DNA from: Chrysemys picta bellii | Lineage: Eukaryota | Direction: 5' to 3' | Length of the DNA: 64,000 nt | NCBI RefSeq assembly: GCF_011386835.1 | Contig: NC_088794.1 | Location: 132,990,001 to 133,054,000 of the forward strand | Shown here: positions 62,901-64,000 of the stretch, in pieces | How positions within the stretch are numbered: position 1 is the stretch's first letter | How the letters are laid out: the number at the start of each line of letters is the position of its first letter | The notes under the pieces: generated by a model | Seen by the model: only the letters and a program-made list of their open reading frames with translations | The model's database searches: none | Told to the model about the DNA's origin: nothing | Made by a program: the position numbers and the translations under genes

Positions 62901-63900
62901 AAGACACCAGCCTGGCAATTATTACAAAGTTATTAGCCATAAAAAAATCCAAACAATTATCAGCTCATCCACCACTTTGGCTAGCCAGACTTCTTGCTCT
63001 AATTCCAGAGGTCCAATTTTCAAACCCAATTTTCCCAAATAACTCCCTAGTCATGGTCTCTATTTGAGGCAAATTAGTTGGTTCAATTTGAATCCCCTAT
63101 TCCCTAGGCTTTTTAGCATGTCCGGTTTAATAATTTATGTTTGAGACAGTGTCCACTATGCCCACACTTTTCACAGATCCTGATATGCACTCAATAGCCA
63201 AACTTCCAATATTGTTCTTTAGATTTTTTTTTTTTAAATGGCGCTGGTCCTTGCCAAGATTTGCCCCTTCAGCATGGTGTCCCCCCATTTCCCAGCTAGG
63301 AAAGAGGCTTTCATTAGATACTTGTGATGCTATATTCTGGCCCACCTTATATTTACAATAGTCTCTTTTATTATTCATTTTCCCCACAGTACTAGCATTT
63401 AACTGAACCGCTTCCCTTAGTTTTGCATGATTGCCAATTTCCCTTGTTTTACAAACCGAATTTATCAGTTTTTCTAACTGTTCAACAAGGTCATGAACCA
63501 GATTAGAAACACCTTTTTCCTCATACATAGTTGACTCAGAGCTATACTTATAGCCTAGGGCTCATGTCACTCAGCTTCCCTCTTCCTCACTAGCAGCTGC
63601 TTCCTCTTCCAGTGCACCTCTGCAAGGAAAGATTCAAGTTCAGTAGCAAATTCCATAGCTTCTCAGTGTGTCTTTGGGCTCCTTTTGCTCATCTTGATCT
63701 GCAAATCCAAGTCCTGCTGGGCATCTATAAAATGGTCCATTGCCAATTTACCCTGACAGTCCTCCTTGGTGTCTGAATATGCCAGGAATGCAAATCTTCT
63801 CAGGTCCTCTGTCAGGCGAGGTGGGATCTTCTTCCCTCTCCTTCTAGCTCTATGTAGCTGCAAGTGAGGGTTGAATTTAGACACCATCTTATATAACCTC
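59990..63900 (-). mobile_element. decayed Gypsy/Ty3 LTR-retrotransposon internal region (gag-PR-RT-RNaseH-IN)
   Basis: gag-like EDLRRFAFLAYSD..LAMDHFIDA (63663-63902); protease site IVDTVSNI (about 63135-63160); RT RFCVDYRK and DSYPAPQIE..ISTLDLKSGYWQVEV (61727-61990); FVGLCSCYRRFICGFANIAKPL (61191-61463); RH end QLARWLEKLQ..THRPG (about 60950-61080); integrase YLLVAMDYFTKWPEAYPI..NEFFTRLG (about 60190-60300). Confidence 0.92.
62271..62507. mobile_element. PIF/Harbinger MITE inserted in Gypsy pol
   Basis: TIRs GGGTTAGTCTGCAC / TGTAGACAAGCCC; flanks CAA/CAG; interrupts the reading of pol between protease and RT. Confidence 0.8.
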
Positions 63901-64000
63901 ACATCAGAATGAAATTATGCCCTCAGATTGTATTTGGAGTCCATAGCAAAAGAGTGCAAACACAGGCCACCGCAGCAATTGTTCCACCAGGTGCTCTGCC

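Overview
AT-rich vertebrate genomic DNA, almost certainly from a hidden-necked (cryptodiran) turtle. The evidence is two tRNA-derived tortoise PolIII/Cry-type SINEs with CR1 tails, plus CR1 LINEs resembling turtle PsCR1. I could not recognise any intact host protein-coding gene; the window reads as intergenic or deep-intronic sequence dominated by transposon fossils, and the ORFs I can assign are TE fragments. Elements present: several CR1 and L2 LINE copies (often nested), MIR-like SINEs, hAT (Charlie, Blackjack, Tip100-like) and PIF/Harbinger MITEs with visible TIRs and TSDs, three LTR-like solos, a decayed Gypsy internal region carrying gag-PR-RT-RH-IN (about 60.0-63.9 kb, minus strand), a decayed DIRS-like element (41-43 kb) and Penelope-like remnants. 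The most notable items are a Penelope-derived 90-bp inverted repeat with an intact minimal hammerhead-ribozyme core on one arm only, and a triple IRF/ISRE motif abutting a consensus splice donor that may mark an unannotated interferon-responsive transcript. Two further compact motif clusters may be regulatory. I see no good evidence for a wholly new multi-gene system. Family names come from recalled consensus features, not database searches, and the ends of old elements are approximate.
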